Assembly (NCBI GenBank): GCA_963848965.1
Contig: CAWKFG010000004.1
Span: 800,001-864,000, forward strand
DNA length: 64,000 bases
Direction of reading: 5' to 3'
From: an uncultured bacterium
GTDB lineage: Bacteria; Babelota; Babeliae; Babelales; Babelaceae
How positions within the stretch are numbered: the stretch's first letter is position 1; every line of letters begins with the position of its first letter. A program made the translations under genes and the position numbers. A model generated the notes under the pieces. That model did no database searches and was not told where the DNA came from. It saw nothing but the letters and a program-made list of their open reading frames with translations. Of this stretch, positions 49,042-58,774 are shown in pieces.

Positions 49042-49737
49042 ATGAATACAAAAATATCCTATCTTATTACATTAGCAGTAGTAACTCTGTACCCTTTAGC
49101 TATTATGGCAGAAATTATAGTACCATATTATGACACTTATGTAATTTCTCAACAGAATTATCCTAAAGAAATTTTCAAGAGTTTTACTATTATAGAAACC
49201 CCTAGACTCATTTTACGAAAGATACAGCTTCAGGATAAACAAGATATATTTGACATTACCTCAGACCACTCTGTAGTAAAATACACCTCAACCTTAGAAT
49301 TTACTAAGTCAATCACAGATGTAGAACTTCTTATTAATATTATGACAGAACGTTATGATAAAGACCTTCCTACAAGATGGGTCATTTTTCATAAAGGAGA
49401 TAAAAAAGTTATAGGAATTTGTGGCTTTTATGACTATGTTCCTATGTATGCTCGTGCTGAATTAGGTTATGCCCTTTCTCGTGCTTACTGGGGAAAAGGA
49501 TTAGGCACTGAAGCTGCTCAAGCAGTAGTAGATTTTGGCTTTAAAAATATGAATCTAAATAGAATCGAAGCTACATGTGATCCAGAAAATCGTGCCTCTT
49601 CTCATATTTTGGAAAAAGTAGGCATGAAATACGAAGGAATATTACGTCAACATATCTTCAAAGATGGCAAATATTGTGATAGAAAAATGTATGCTATTTT
49701 AAGAAGTGACTGGGCAGAACAAAGAGTATATGATTAA
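49042..49737 (+). CDS. GNAT acetyltransferase, RimJ/RimL type, with signal-like N-terminus
   Basis: ETPRLILR, AELGYAL...YWGKGLGTEA, N.AS..ILEKVGMKYEG. Confidence 0.9.
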   Translation: MNTKISYLITLAVVTLYPLAIMAEIIVPYYDTYVISQQNYPKEIFKSFTIIETPRLILRKIQLQDKQDIFDITSDHSVVKYTSTLEFTKSITDVELLINIMTERYDKDLPTRWVIFHKGDKKVIGICGFYDYVPMYARAELGYALSRAYWGKGLGTEAAQAVVDFGFKNMNLNRIEATCDPENRASSHILEKVGMKYEGILRQHIFKDGKYCDRKMYAILRSDWAEQRVYD

Positions 49738-49861
49738 ATGCAAGTCAGTTTGCATTTACATTTACCTAAACTAATAACTCTTTAAGCATCTGTTATAGCA
49801 GAATCTTTTTAAAAGTGCATAGCAAGTTAGCATTTACTCACAACTTTCTGTTTTAAAACTT

Positions 49862-50716
49862 TTATTTTGGGGGGTTATATCCAGCACCCCGACCAGTAAG
49901 AGATTGTATCATCCCATTAAACTCAATTTCTGCCTTAAGCAAGGCATATGCTCCCTTTATTAGATTTATAGCTTCATCTATAAATTTTTGTAGCTTTGGA
50001 TATTTCTCTTCTTCTGCTTCCCATTGTTTTAATAATCTTTCATAAGCTCCAGTTATATCAGCAAGATCTGCATTTTCAGGGACAGCTAAAACATAACGAG
50101 GTAGTATTTCTATCCCTTTTCTTATAGCTTCAGCAACGCGAGGGAATGCATCGCTTACCTTATAGCTTGCTGGTACCAATGTCTTTTCACCTCCTCTTTC
50201 AAGCTCTAATCGAATAGATGTAGGTTTAGTCTCAAAGGACCTTAAGTTTTGAAAAGGTTTATCAGGAAGTGAGATTGTCAAATCTGCGCTTTTAATTGGG
50301 CTAGCTTTTAATGCTGGACCTACCTCCTGCATAAGATTCTTTGGCGTTATAATCGGAGCAGCACTGAATAAACCTTGCCACCTGCCATAGAGCTTTATAG
50401 TAAGAGTTTGTATCTCTTCTGGATTATCAAGTATCAAGCGTGGTTGAATATTACCAGAAGCAGCTGCCAATACATTTTGGCCTTTTATATTACCCTTTTT
50501 CTCATACTCTACAAGAATATCCCATGTTGTAGTATTAATAAGTGTAAGTCTTCCTTTTATTTCTTGTTCTGCCTTTTGTTGCACCGGTACTCTTTGTGGT
50601 GCTCTAGGGTCTCCATAGAACATTTCTCTTTCCAAGGGACCTTCTTTTTCCATAGCTTTGGTTAAAGAGATTATGGTGAAAATTGGTATAAATACTAAAA
50701 TAAAACACTTCTTCAT
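49862..50716 (-). CDS. Secreted protein with C-terminal HPD-less J-like domain
   Basis: PRYVLAVPENADLADITGAYERLLKQW...AINLIKGAYALL. Confidence 0.7.
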   Translation of the reverse strand: MKKCFILVFIPIFTIISLTKAMEKEGPLEREMFYGDPRAPQRVPVQQKAEQEIKGRLTLINTTTWDILVEYEKKGNIKGQNVLAAASGNIQPRLILDNPEEIQTLTIKLYGRWQGLFSAAPIITPKNLMQEVGPALKASPIKSADLTISLPDKPFQNLRSFETKPTSIRLELERGGEKTLVPASYKVSDAFPRVAEAIRKGIEILPRYVLAVPENADLADITGAYERLLKQWEAEEEKYPKLQKFIDEAINLIKGAYALLKAEIEFNGMIQSLTGRGAGYNPPK

Positions 50717-50793
50717 TGCTTCTCCTACTTAACTTATTTTATTATAATAGTAATAAAGAGTATTAGTGGGAGTCAACAGTATGTATACCATTT

Positions 50794-52201
50794 TGTTGCG
50801 ACTCTTTAGGAATGTCCTATTTTTAACTCATTAGAAGTGTCCCTTAGCCCAGGATTTCTCCAAGGGTGATTGTAAGCTTGTTTCCTACTTATTGTCCTTC
50901 TATCTAGCTTGGTCTCATCGTATTTTTCACGCTTCTTGATATATGGTAGCTCTATCTCTTTATAGTTAAGATTATGATCTTTCAACGCTAACGATATTGT
51001 ACCGTCCATATACTTGCGTATTTCAATCTTACTACCCCTGTAAAGCACTATTGGCTGCTTTTTTTCAAGAAGGAAGAGCCTGTTGTTATAGCTTACTGTC
51101 CTATCATTATTTAGTATACGATTTTCTTTGATACACAGGATAGAGTTTATATTGTATTCTTCGAGCGAACCGTGTAGATCAATATTATTTTTTGGTGCTC
51201 TTGCGAACTTTTCATTAAACTCGCTTATAAAGCTTTCTTTTAGATACTTATTTGCATCTTCTATTGTCTTTACCTCTTGTAATGCTAGCTCTTTAACTAG
51301 TCTATCTTGTAAGGTCTTGAATAACCTTTCTACTCTTCCTTTTGCTTGAGGACAGTATGCAGGAATAAGCTCTATATTTAGCTCTGTGAGCATTCTTTTA
51401 TACTGCGTCATTCTCTCTTTACGATTTTTACCTGTGTTTACTCTGTAGACACGCCCACCATCAGCGTATAACGCTCTTGGCCTTCCATATTTGTTTAAGT
51501 ACGTTCTTGTTATCTCTATCAAGCTTTTTGTTGTTTCATGGTCCGCAAACATTAACTCAACTAGCTCTGTCGCATCATCTATAAAGGCAATGAGTGTGCT
51601 ATATTGATTATTGAACCATTGATGATAAGAGCCATCTACTTGCACTAACTCTCCAAAGTGTGCTTTACGCTCTCTTCTTACATGTATTTTTAGCTTTCTT
51701 TGTCGAGCCAATCTTAACCCATTACGTATCATCATTCTTCTTATCGTCTCATGATCTACATTTATTTGATGATTCTTTGCCAATTTTTCTGCTATCAGCG
51801 TTGGGCCATAATTAACATATACTGTCATTATCAATTCAATTATCTTCCCTTCTATCTCTGGCGGTATTCGTCTATTTCCAGCTCTACCACGCCCTTTATG
51901 AGCAAGGCCTATCTTCCCTTCTTTAAGGTATCTTATTAATTTTCTTCTTATTTGCCTTGCACTTAAGTTGAGAATTTCTGCAGCTTCTTGTTGATTTAGT
52001 TCGCCTTTTATTATAGATTCAAAGATAATAATTTGATCTAGTTCTTTTTTACTCATACGAATGTCTTTCATTTTGCCCTCTTTTCAGCTATTGTGTGTTT
52101 CCAATTCACAATTTAGCCTGAGAGGGCCTTTGTTTTCAATTATTTAACACTTCGGACATTTCTATTGAGTTTTAGGCGGACATTTTCATAGAGTTCCTAC
52201 A
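50794..52201 (-). mobile_element. IS1202-family (ISNCY) insertion sequence, 1408 bp, with 17 bp target duplication
   Basis: Imperfect inverted ends TGTTGCGACTCTTTAGGAATGTCC and TGTAGGAACTCTATGAAAATGTCC; CAGTATGTATACCATTT at 50777-50793 and 52202-52218. Confidence 0.9.
50806..52071 (-). CDS. DDE transposase (HTH plus integrase core)
   Basis: QVDGSYH, FIDDAT, LYADG, PQAKGRVERLFKTLQDRL. Confidence 0.93.
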   Translation of the reverse strand: MKDIRMSKKELDQIIIFESIIKGELNQQEAAEILNLSARQIRRKLIRYLKEGKIGLAHKGRGRAGNRRIPPEIEGKIIELIMTVYVNYGPTLIAEKLAKNHQINVDHETIRRMMIRNGLRLARQRKLKIHVRRERKAHFGELVQVDGSYHQWFNNQYSTLIAFIDDATELVELMFADHETTKSLIEITRTYLNKYGRPRALYADGGRVYRVNTGKNRKERMTQYKRMLTELNIELIPAYCPQAKGRVERLFKTLQDRLVKELALQEVKTIEDANKYLKESFISEFNEKFARAPKNNIDLHGSLEEYNINSILCIKENRILNNDRTVSYNNRLFLLEKKQPIVLYRGSKIEIRKYMDGTISLALKDHNLNYKEIELPYIKKREKYDETKLDRRTISRKQAYNHPWRNPGLRDTSNELKIGHS

Positions 52202-52265
52202 CAGTATGTATACCATTTTTTAACGTATAAGATCACCTTTTATATTAAGCTTGTAGGATGCTTTT

Positions 52266-53360
52266 TTATAAAAGAGTACAATAAGGAGAACTGCTTTGTT
52301 GTTTTACCGGTACAATAGGTTTATCAAAAAGAATATTATCAAAAACCTCTAAAGCAAGGGGCTCTGCTGTATGTTTTAAACCAAAATTGAATTCTTGAGG
52401 TTTAGCGTCTGTGCTCTCTTTAAGCATAGCACTTACACTATCGGTATGATATCCGCCTGCTGCAACTACTATTTTAGAGACTCCTTTATTTTGAAGTTCT
52501 TTCACTTTAAAAAATATGTAAAGATCTAAAAGAGGAGTACTCATTCTCCTGACAAGCGTTTCTAGATAAGCTAGAGGGCTCGATAACTTTCTTCCATTAA
52601 CTTCTTCTGGTCCTAGCTTTTCTCGAAAATTGTGTTCATGTGCTTTTAAAGAGAAAATCATATCTAATAGAGGTTGTTCTATATCTATATCATGTTCATC
52701 ACGAAGTATCTTAAGAGTATTTTTAAGCTCTTCTACATAAAAAGTGGCTTCTTCCATTTTACTTTTAAAGATGCTGTCAAATTGGGGATTGCTAAAGCTC
52801 TGTTTTAGATTCATAACTATTTCCTTCATATGATCAAATGTATCAAAAACATGTTTCCATGAAAGGCTATTAACTGTACAATCATAATATTTTAGGTATA
52901 AAGGAACTCTTTTATGCCAAGTAATTCTTTCTTTTAACCATTCCCATTGTTCAAGAGCAGTTTCATGAAAATTACCCAACATCCCTGCTGTAAGTTTTAT
53001 ACATCTACGTATATCAATATCCTCAAAATGAGACTTCTTAAGATTCTTCTCTAAAGACATAGGAAGTAAGTCTGCAAGTATACAAATATTGTTACCACCA
53101 AGAGCCCATATTTCTGTAGCTCCTTGTTCTATAAGAATGTGCAGCCCTTCTCCTTCTTCTGCTCTATCTAAAACTCTACGCATCTTTTGACATTGAAGGA
53201 TATTCTCATCTCTATATTCTGTTGTATGATGGTAGTCAGTTAGGAAATAAATATACTGCTTACTGTCCCACGTAAGAGCAGTCATATCAGTAATAGTAGC
53301 AGTAAGTGTTCCTGTTAATCCAATAAGCAAGCATAGAGTAGAGATAAATAGTGAAAACAT
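52266..53360 (-). CDS. Secreted protein, DxH/GxxH family
   Basis: Start placed after AAGGA; YFLTDYH, GLHILIE, EDIDIR, VAAGGYH. Confidence 0.72.
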   Translation of the reverse strand: MFSLFISTLCLLIGLTGTLTATITDMTALTWDSKQYIYFLTDYHHTTEYRDENILQCQKMRRVLDRAEEGEGLHILIEQGATEIWALGGNNICILADLLPMSLEKNLKKSHFEDIDIRRCIKLTAGMLGNFHETALEQWEWLKERITWHKRVPLYLKYYDCTVNSLSWKHVFDTFDHMKEIVMNLKQSFSNPQFDSIFKSKMEEATFYVEELKNTLKILRDEHDIDIEQPLLDMIFSLKAHEHNFREKLGPEEVNGRKLSSPLAYLETLVRRMSTPLLDLYIFFKVKELQNKGVSKIVVAAGGYHTDSVSAMLKESTDAKPQEFNFGLKHTAEPLALEVFDNILFDKPIVPVKQQSSSPYCTLL

Positions 53361-53451
53361 TGTTTCCTTTCTTATATTTGTTATTTTACTTAGTTCTTGC
53401 ATAAATTTAAGTTAGGTGTTTTTAAAGAGTTGCTTCTTGTAAAAAACTCTT

Positions 53452-53709
53452 TTAACTCAAGAACCAAAGGTAGTTTAAGTATATCCCAGAAAGAGGCAAC
53501 TTTTTGTTTATAGGTTCTTTTTTTACAGTATTGATAAGCGTTTGAGAAAGCGCTTTACAAAGAGTTTCTTCGTTAAGCGTATAATGACTAAGATTACGAA
53601 TATGATTTGTGTATGCCTCTAAGGGCAGTGCATTATAAGTAAAAGTATAAGGTAATGAATAAAGTGTACTAAAGAACAGTACTATGATAGTGTAAAGGAT
53701 ATTTTTCAT
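53452..53709 (-). pseudogene. Truncated, frameshifted paralog of the beta-propeller gene 58775..60235
   Basis: MKNILY...YNALPL...LSQTLINTVKKEPINKKLPL; the shifted frame continues FWDILK, compared with YWDIFK in the paralog. Confidence 0.7.
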
Positions 53710-53975
53710 TAAGATACCTTGTAAGTATTAAATTTCTGAGCAAGACAAAAATGCTTACTCATATCTTTAGTTAGCATAACTATAAGTAAGTATCGCTTAC
53801 TTATACAATAAAAACTCCCTTACAAGAATAAATCAATTGATAGCTTTTTATCTAGGCTGGTTAGGAGCCTCTAGTAATGCTATCTTTTATCCTCACTTAT
53901 TAAAATATGCTATTTATCATAAAAAAGCAATACCAAATTAATTATTTGCTCTAAAAGCTATAGAAAAAATAAAGA
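53710..53975 (-). repeat. Conserved 5-prime leader, copy A
   Basis: Shares TTATGATAAATAG, TGTAAGGGAGTTTTT and a TAAGTAAG/CTTACTTA hairpin with 55730-55967 (+) and 60719-60975 (-). Confidence 0.8.
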
Positions 53976-53984
53976 GAACTTTGA

Positions 53985-55484
53985 TCACTTAAAGAGACCG
54001 CTAAGAGCAAGATAGGGTTGTCTTTTGTACTCAGGGATAGAAGTAAGAGCAATAAAAAGGATCCTATGCATTATTTTTAAGTGTCCTCTTTCACCGGCTT
54101 CTTTGGCAAGCTCTAGAGTAGGTTGTGCTCCTATACTCAAAAGAGCATTAACAAAAGGAAGCATTCCTCTTTCTACCGCACATTTAAGAAGTGCATCTTT
54201 TTTACTTATACCGATATAAGGAATATAAGAAATAAGAGTAGTAAAGAGTGAAACTTTTTGAGGATTTAATTGATTAATCTTTTCACCAAAGGTATTTACA
54301 AGGCGAATAACACTATCAAAACTATATGTATCTGCATAATCAAAAGCAGTGCGGCCATAATAATCCTTTGCGTTAATGAATTCCAAAGAGTAACTCTTAT
54401 AAAACGATATAACCTCAATGTGCCCAAAGATGCAAGCAATCATAAGCCACGTTTGTCCTGTGTTAGTAGTAGCAAATCTATTGGTATCCTTTTTGACATA
54501 CTCTAATGGATTACTAAGATAAGCTTGTACTTCAGGTAAATTGCAAAGTTCTAATAGTTGACAAGTTTCTCTCTCTTTAGCGAGTGTCAACGCACTCTTA
54601 CCACTGTACTCTTGAGCTGTAATACTAGCACCATTTTTTATAAGAAGGGCTACTATTTTTTTATGCCCTGCTTCTGTAGCACATATCAAGGCAGTCCAGC
54701 AGCTGTGGCGATTTTTGGCATTACTATCTGCACCTGCGTTTAAAAGCAAAGCAACTATCTGCTCTTCACCTTTTGCAGCAGCAAGAATTAAAGGAGTTGT
54801 CTCAGTATGATATCCAGCATCGATAACTGCACCTTTGTTTAAGAGCAGAGCTGCCACTTCTGTTCGACCATAGTATGCAGCCACATGTAAAGCGGTAAAA
54901 CCATGATCATCTTGAACCTCCATATCAGCACCATAAGCAATAAGCACATCTACCATATGCTTGTCTCCATGAAGCACTGCGTTTGCCAAGGCAGTCATCC
55001 CCTTATCATCTCGAGCATTGATATTAGCACCATAATTAAGAAGCAATTCTAGTAGTTCTGTTCGGCCATAAGATGCAGCCAAATGTAAGGCAGTCCAACC
55101 ATGGTTCGCTTGAACTTCAGTATTAGCACCGTTACTAAGAAGTAGTACTACTCGTTCTGTTTCATGAAGTATAACTGCCAAATGTAAGGCAGTATCGCCT
55201 CTCTTATCTTTAGCATTAATATCAGCACCTCTATTTAATAGAAGTCGTAGGATCTCTTTATGCTCTTTACTTACAGCAAAAAAAAGAGCAGGGTCCCCAT
55301 ATTTATTTTGAGCACTAGCACTAACTCCTGCATTTAAAAGCAAAGCTACTAATTCTATATCTCCTTGCTCTACAGCGGCTATTAAATGCTCTTCTGCTTT
55401 TTCCCTTTCTTGTATCTCTTCCATTGCTAACAAATAAGAAAAGAATAATGTGCTTATCAAGCTTATAGTTTTTAAATTTTTCAT
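53985..55484 (-). CDS. Secreted ankyrin-repeat protein, constant-C-terminus family, member 4
   Basis: Start MKNLKTISLISTLF...AME; ankyrin repeats; family tail LSGLFK. Confidence 0.9.
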   Translation of the reverse strand: MKNLKTISLISTLFFSYLLAMEEIQEREKAEEHLIAAVEQGDIELVALLLNAGVSASAQNKYGDPALFFAVSKEHKEILRLLLNRGADINAKDKRGDTALHLAVILHETERVVLLLSNGANTEVQANHGWTALHLAASYGRTELLELLLNYGANINARDDKGMTALANAVLHGDKHMVDVLIAYGADMEVQDDHGFTALHVAAYYGRTEVAALLLNKGAVIDAGYHTETTPLILAAAKGEEQIVALLLNAGADSNAKNRHSCWTALICATEAGHKKIVALLIKNGASITAQEYSGKSALTLAKERETCQLLELCNLPEVQAYLSNPLEYVKKDTNRFATTNTGQTWLMIACIFGHIEVISFYKSYSLEFINAKDYYGRTAFDYADTYSFDSVIRLVNTFGEKINQLNPQKVSLFTTLISYIPYIGISKKDALLKCAVERGMLPFVNALLSIGAQPTLELAKEAGERGHLKIMHRILFIALTSIPEYKRQPYLALSGLFK

Positions 55485-55522
55485 TGTAAACTCCAGTAAG
55501 CGCAAAGAAACTGGGCCCTTTT
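55485..55522 (-). mobile_element. Isolated right-end relic of the IscB element
   Basis: AAAAGGGCCCAGTTTCTTTGCGCTTACTGGAGTTTACA closely matches AAAAGGCCCGGTTTCCGCGCTTACTGGAATTTTACA at 60236-60271. Confidence 0.72.
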
Positions 55523-55529
55523 GTATGCA

Positions 55530-55678
55530 GCATATGAATAAAACAGAAGCCAGAGTACTTATAATAAGATATTAATCTTTACCATTGAGCACCCCTTTGA
55601 CTAAAACTAAACAAACACCGTCTACTTTTCAGAATAATTCAAAGACAATAGAATTACAATTCTTGAGAATAAAATTTT
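55530..55678 (-). pseudogene. Relic of the 44221..44571 gene start and upstream region (copy 2)
   Basis: MVKINILL-stop from 55585 with a matching upstream block. Confidence 0.7.
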
Positions 55679-55729
55679 ACTCATCCAGTTTATTTTAACG
55701 TCAGTTTGAGGTAGCGTTAAAATATAATT

Positions 55730-55967
55730 CAATTTGATTTTTTATGATAAATAGCATATCATTAATACATAAGGGATAAAGAGAACTGCTTATAAGGCAT
55801 ACTAACCAGCCTTACTTAAAGGGCATCTCATTTACTTACCTTATCTGTAAGGGAGTTTTTTATTGTACAAGTAAGGATGCTTACTTATACTTATGGTAAC
55901 TATATAATTTTAACAAGCGCTTTTCTGAGATTAAAAGATAATCGATCGCTTATAAGAGGTATACCAC
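55730..55967 (+). repeat. Conserved 5-prime leader, copy B
   Basis: Inverted copy of the leader preceding MKNFLY. Confidence 0.78.
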
Positions 55968-57275
55968 ATGAAAAACTTCCTTTACACTATGAAGATAACG
56001 TATTCTAGCGTTAATCGAATGCTTTTTTTAATGCTCTTTCTTTTTCAAACTATTCAACTTTACCCTATAATTGTCGCATGTACAGTACTTAAATCTCCAG
56101 AAGGTAAGTTGATCTTCTTGCTTGGTGACTATCATGATGATAATTACCCAGAAGTATGCGCACAACAACGGGAAGATTTAGCACACATGCTTGAAAAAAT
56201 TGGTCAAGTAGAGCTTTATATAGAAGATGCCGCAAATCTCTATACACCTATTGATCCTTCAAAGTCCAAATTGCCTAATGAGTTTTTAGCAAATCTGACT
56301 CACTCTATGCAAGAAAAGAATAATCCTGGCGTCATCTACCACCAACTTGACGATATGCCATTATGTCGCTTACTTAACGCTCTCATTAATCAATATACAA
56401 ACTGTCCAGATTGGAAAGCATATAATCAGGATTTGGCCAAGCATGGTAAACCTGCTGGGGTAAGCATTACGTGGACAATGCAGCAGCTTGAAGAAGAATA
56501 TAATGATAAGGTAGCAGAATTAATAGTCCTCAGACAAAAAATAAGCAATGCTGCTATCAGAGAGAAACTTGAAGGTTTCCTTGCAAGGTGCTGTGGAAGT
56601 TATTCAAAATTATTAACTACCATTTATAAGAACCTCAATTTTAAGCCAGAAAGCACTTTAGCATTTATAGCTTTTAAAGGATTTTACGAGTATCTAAAAA
56701 ATATAAGTACTATAATGCGTTTGGGGAAGAAAGAATTTGATGAGATGCTTGCTTGCTATAACAACTTTGATACGTTAAGCAGCGAACAGGAAAAAGGAGA
56801 GATGTGGAATACACTTTACAGTCATATCCCGAAACTTAATGGCTATATTTATTATTATGGTGTTAATCAGCAGAAAATTCCTGAAGGGTATTGGGATATT
56901 GAAAAGTTCCTTAGTTGTGCAACATGGCCCCTAATTACGCAGTATACTGCTTTAAAGCTGCTAACGAGCAATAACCTTTATCCTGCTATAATATGCTCTG
57001 GAAATTGGCATACTCAAGGACTTGCTAAGTTTTTAGTTAATGATTGCGGTTATACAAAGATAGCGTTTGAAGGCTTTGAATGTATACCTGGTGCTACAGT
57101 ATGTTGGAAAACAACGCCACAAGGCATGATTTATAGCACAGTGAAGCTTGGTATAAATATGGATTTTGCAGGTAAAGGAGAATTTCGTAAGGATGTACCT
57201 CTTGTAGGCAGGCTTTATCCTCCACTTGATATTAAAGCTACTCTTACTCAATATCAAGGTTTACCCATGCTATAG
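55968..57275 (+). CDS. Secreted protein, DxH/GxxH family (long member)
   Basis: IFLLGDYH, LYIED, IICSGNWH. Confidence 0.68.
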   Translation: MKNFLYTMKITYSSVNRMLFLMLFLFQTIQLYPIIVACTVLKSPEGKLIFLLGDYHDDNYPEVCAQQREDLAHMLEKIGQVELYIEDAANLYTPIDPSKSKLPNEFLANLTHSMQEKNNPGVIYHQLDDMPLCRLLNALINQYTNCPDWKAYNQDLAKHGKPAGVSITWTMQQLEEEYNDKVAELIVLRQKISNAAIREKLEGFLARCCGSYSKLLTTIYKNLNFKPESTLAFIAFKGFYEYLKNISTIMRLGKKEFDEMLACYNNFDTLSSEQEKGEMWNTLYSHIPKLNGYIYYYGVNQQKIPEGYWDIEKFLSCATWPLITQYTALKLLTSNNLYPAIICSGNWHTQGLAKFLVNDCGYTKIAFEGFECIPGATVCWKTTPQGMIYSTVKLGINMDFAGKGEFRKDVPLVGRLYPPLDIKATLTQYQGLPML

Positions 57276-58510
57276 CCGTAACGTGCTTTATATAAGGCTT
57301 TTTGCTCTTCACTTATTTTCTTTTCTCTCTCCTGTATCTTTCTAGTATCATCTTTAAATTCTTGAGTTATATCAAGTTTCTCACTCATTTCAGGGTCAGC
57401 TTTAAGTACTTTCTCTAGGAATTTAGTGTAAAATTCAGTTGTTTCAAGAGGATTACGTATACTGACAAGAATACCTTTATCAGAAATATCGAGATCTAAA
57501 TCTGTATGTAAAACGTAAAGTTTTTCTATCGTTTCTTGAATCTCGTACAAGTGGGCAGCTATAGGGTCAATATAACCAGTATGCCCTATTGCTTTACCAT
57601 TTACTTGCACTCGTATATTGTATACCTTTCCTATCTGATCATAGCCATATTTGCGCACGCTTCCTTCTTTACTAAAGGGATCTCTTAATGCACCAATGGC
57701 TCCTAAACCCTGAATCCAATCTCTTGGTGACCAAAAGCTAAAAAGAACATTGAAGTTTGCTGGCGTGTACTCTGCTCTTTCTTCTCCAGCAGTTGCCGTA
57801 CGTACAGGGGGCCCTAGAAAGAACATATAATTGACAGCATTAAGCATCTTTGAATCTTTTAACACTTTAAATTCTAAGATGTGAGAGGCAGCATTGGTTA
57901 CGTTAGCTCCGTGGCTATGGGATAACTCACGTATATCATAGCCTTGGTAAGACGCTACTATAAATTGGCCAAGAGTATTACCGGCATCTCTTCTTGCTCT
58001 TACAGTGTTAAATCCGGGCCAACGAAACGAGAGCACTTCAATGATAGTCTTATTATTATCAGCTATTTGCTTTGCATATTTTAAAAGATTTTTAAATGGT
58101 TTACACTTGATATCATAATATGCAGGTGTAATAGGGCCACCACAACCGAAGAATCCTGTACCATGCATAATCATAACTAATATACGCTGTACTGTTCTAT
58201 TAATTTGAGGAGATTGATAAACGTATGCTCCTCGAATACCCATATCTTGTTCTTCGTTATAGGCAAAACCTTTATAATGATCTTCCAATAGGTTTTGAGG
58301 TATTTCATACCACCCTTGCATATCAGGCTCTTTAACGCATGTTAAGAGTTTATAAAAAGACAGCTCCTCAATAGATACTGCTAGTTTAGGTGCTACTATA
58401 TCCTGCTCTCGCAACGTCTTTTCGAACTCCTCCTCTAGAATTTCCATTGCCCCTAATTGTCTTGCAAAGGTTATTAAGATGAAACTAAGGAAATAAATCT
58501 TACTTTTCAT
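57254..58510 (-). CDS. Secreted alpha/beta hydrolase-like protein
   Basis: Signal peptide ending AME; MHGT, SFRWPG, SHSHGANV, PPVR, late GH; related to 29457..30602. Confidence 0.7.
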   Translation of the reverse strand: MKSKIYFLSFILITFARQLGAMEILEEEFEKTLREQDIVAPKLAVSIEELSFYKLLTCVKEPDMQGWYEIPQNLLEDHYKGFAYNEEQDMGIRGAYVYQSPQINRTVQRILVMIMHGTGFFGCGGPITPAYYDIKCKPFKNLLKYAKQIADNNKTIIEVLSFRWPGFNTVRARRDAGNTLGQFIVASYQGYDIRELSHSHGANVTNAASHILEFKVLKDSKMLNAVNYMFFLGPPVRTATAGEERAEYTPANFNVLFSFWSPRDWIQGLGAIGALRDPFSKEGSVRKYGYDQIGKVYNIRVQVNGKAIGHTGYIDPIAAHLYEIQETIEKLYVLHTDLDLDISDKGILVSIRNPLETTEFYTKFLEKVLKADPEMSEKLDITQEFKDDTRKIQEREKKISEEQKALYKARYGYSMGKP

Positions 58511-58590
58511 TGATCTCTCTTATTTTATTATATTTCAATTATTAATTATAATTAAACACGGATCTTATAATCAATAAATATTTAATTTAA

Positions 58591-58760
58591 TGTAGGAACT
58601 CTATGAAAATGTCCGCCTAAAACTCAATAGAAATGTCCGAAGTGTTAAATAATTGAAAATGAAGGACATTCGTATGAGTAGAAAAGAGTTAGATCAGATT
58701 ATTATCTTTGAATCTATAATAAAAGGTGAGCTAAATCAACGGGAAGCTGCAGAAATTCTC
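58591..58760 (+). mobile_element. Partial left end of the same IS1202-family element
   Basis: TGTAGGAACTCTATGAAAATGTCC...; encodes MKDIRMSRKELDQIIIFESIIKGELNQREAAEIL and then breaks off. Confidence 0.9.
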
Positions 58761-58774
58761 TTCTCTTTTAATAA

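Noticed and set aside
486..57257. Many 60-130 aa ORFs overlapping larger genes
   Set aside because: Antisense or alternate-frame shadows of well-supported genes, with no recognisable motifs
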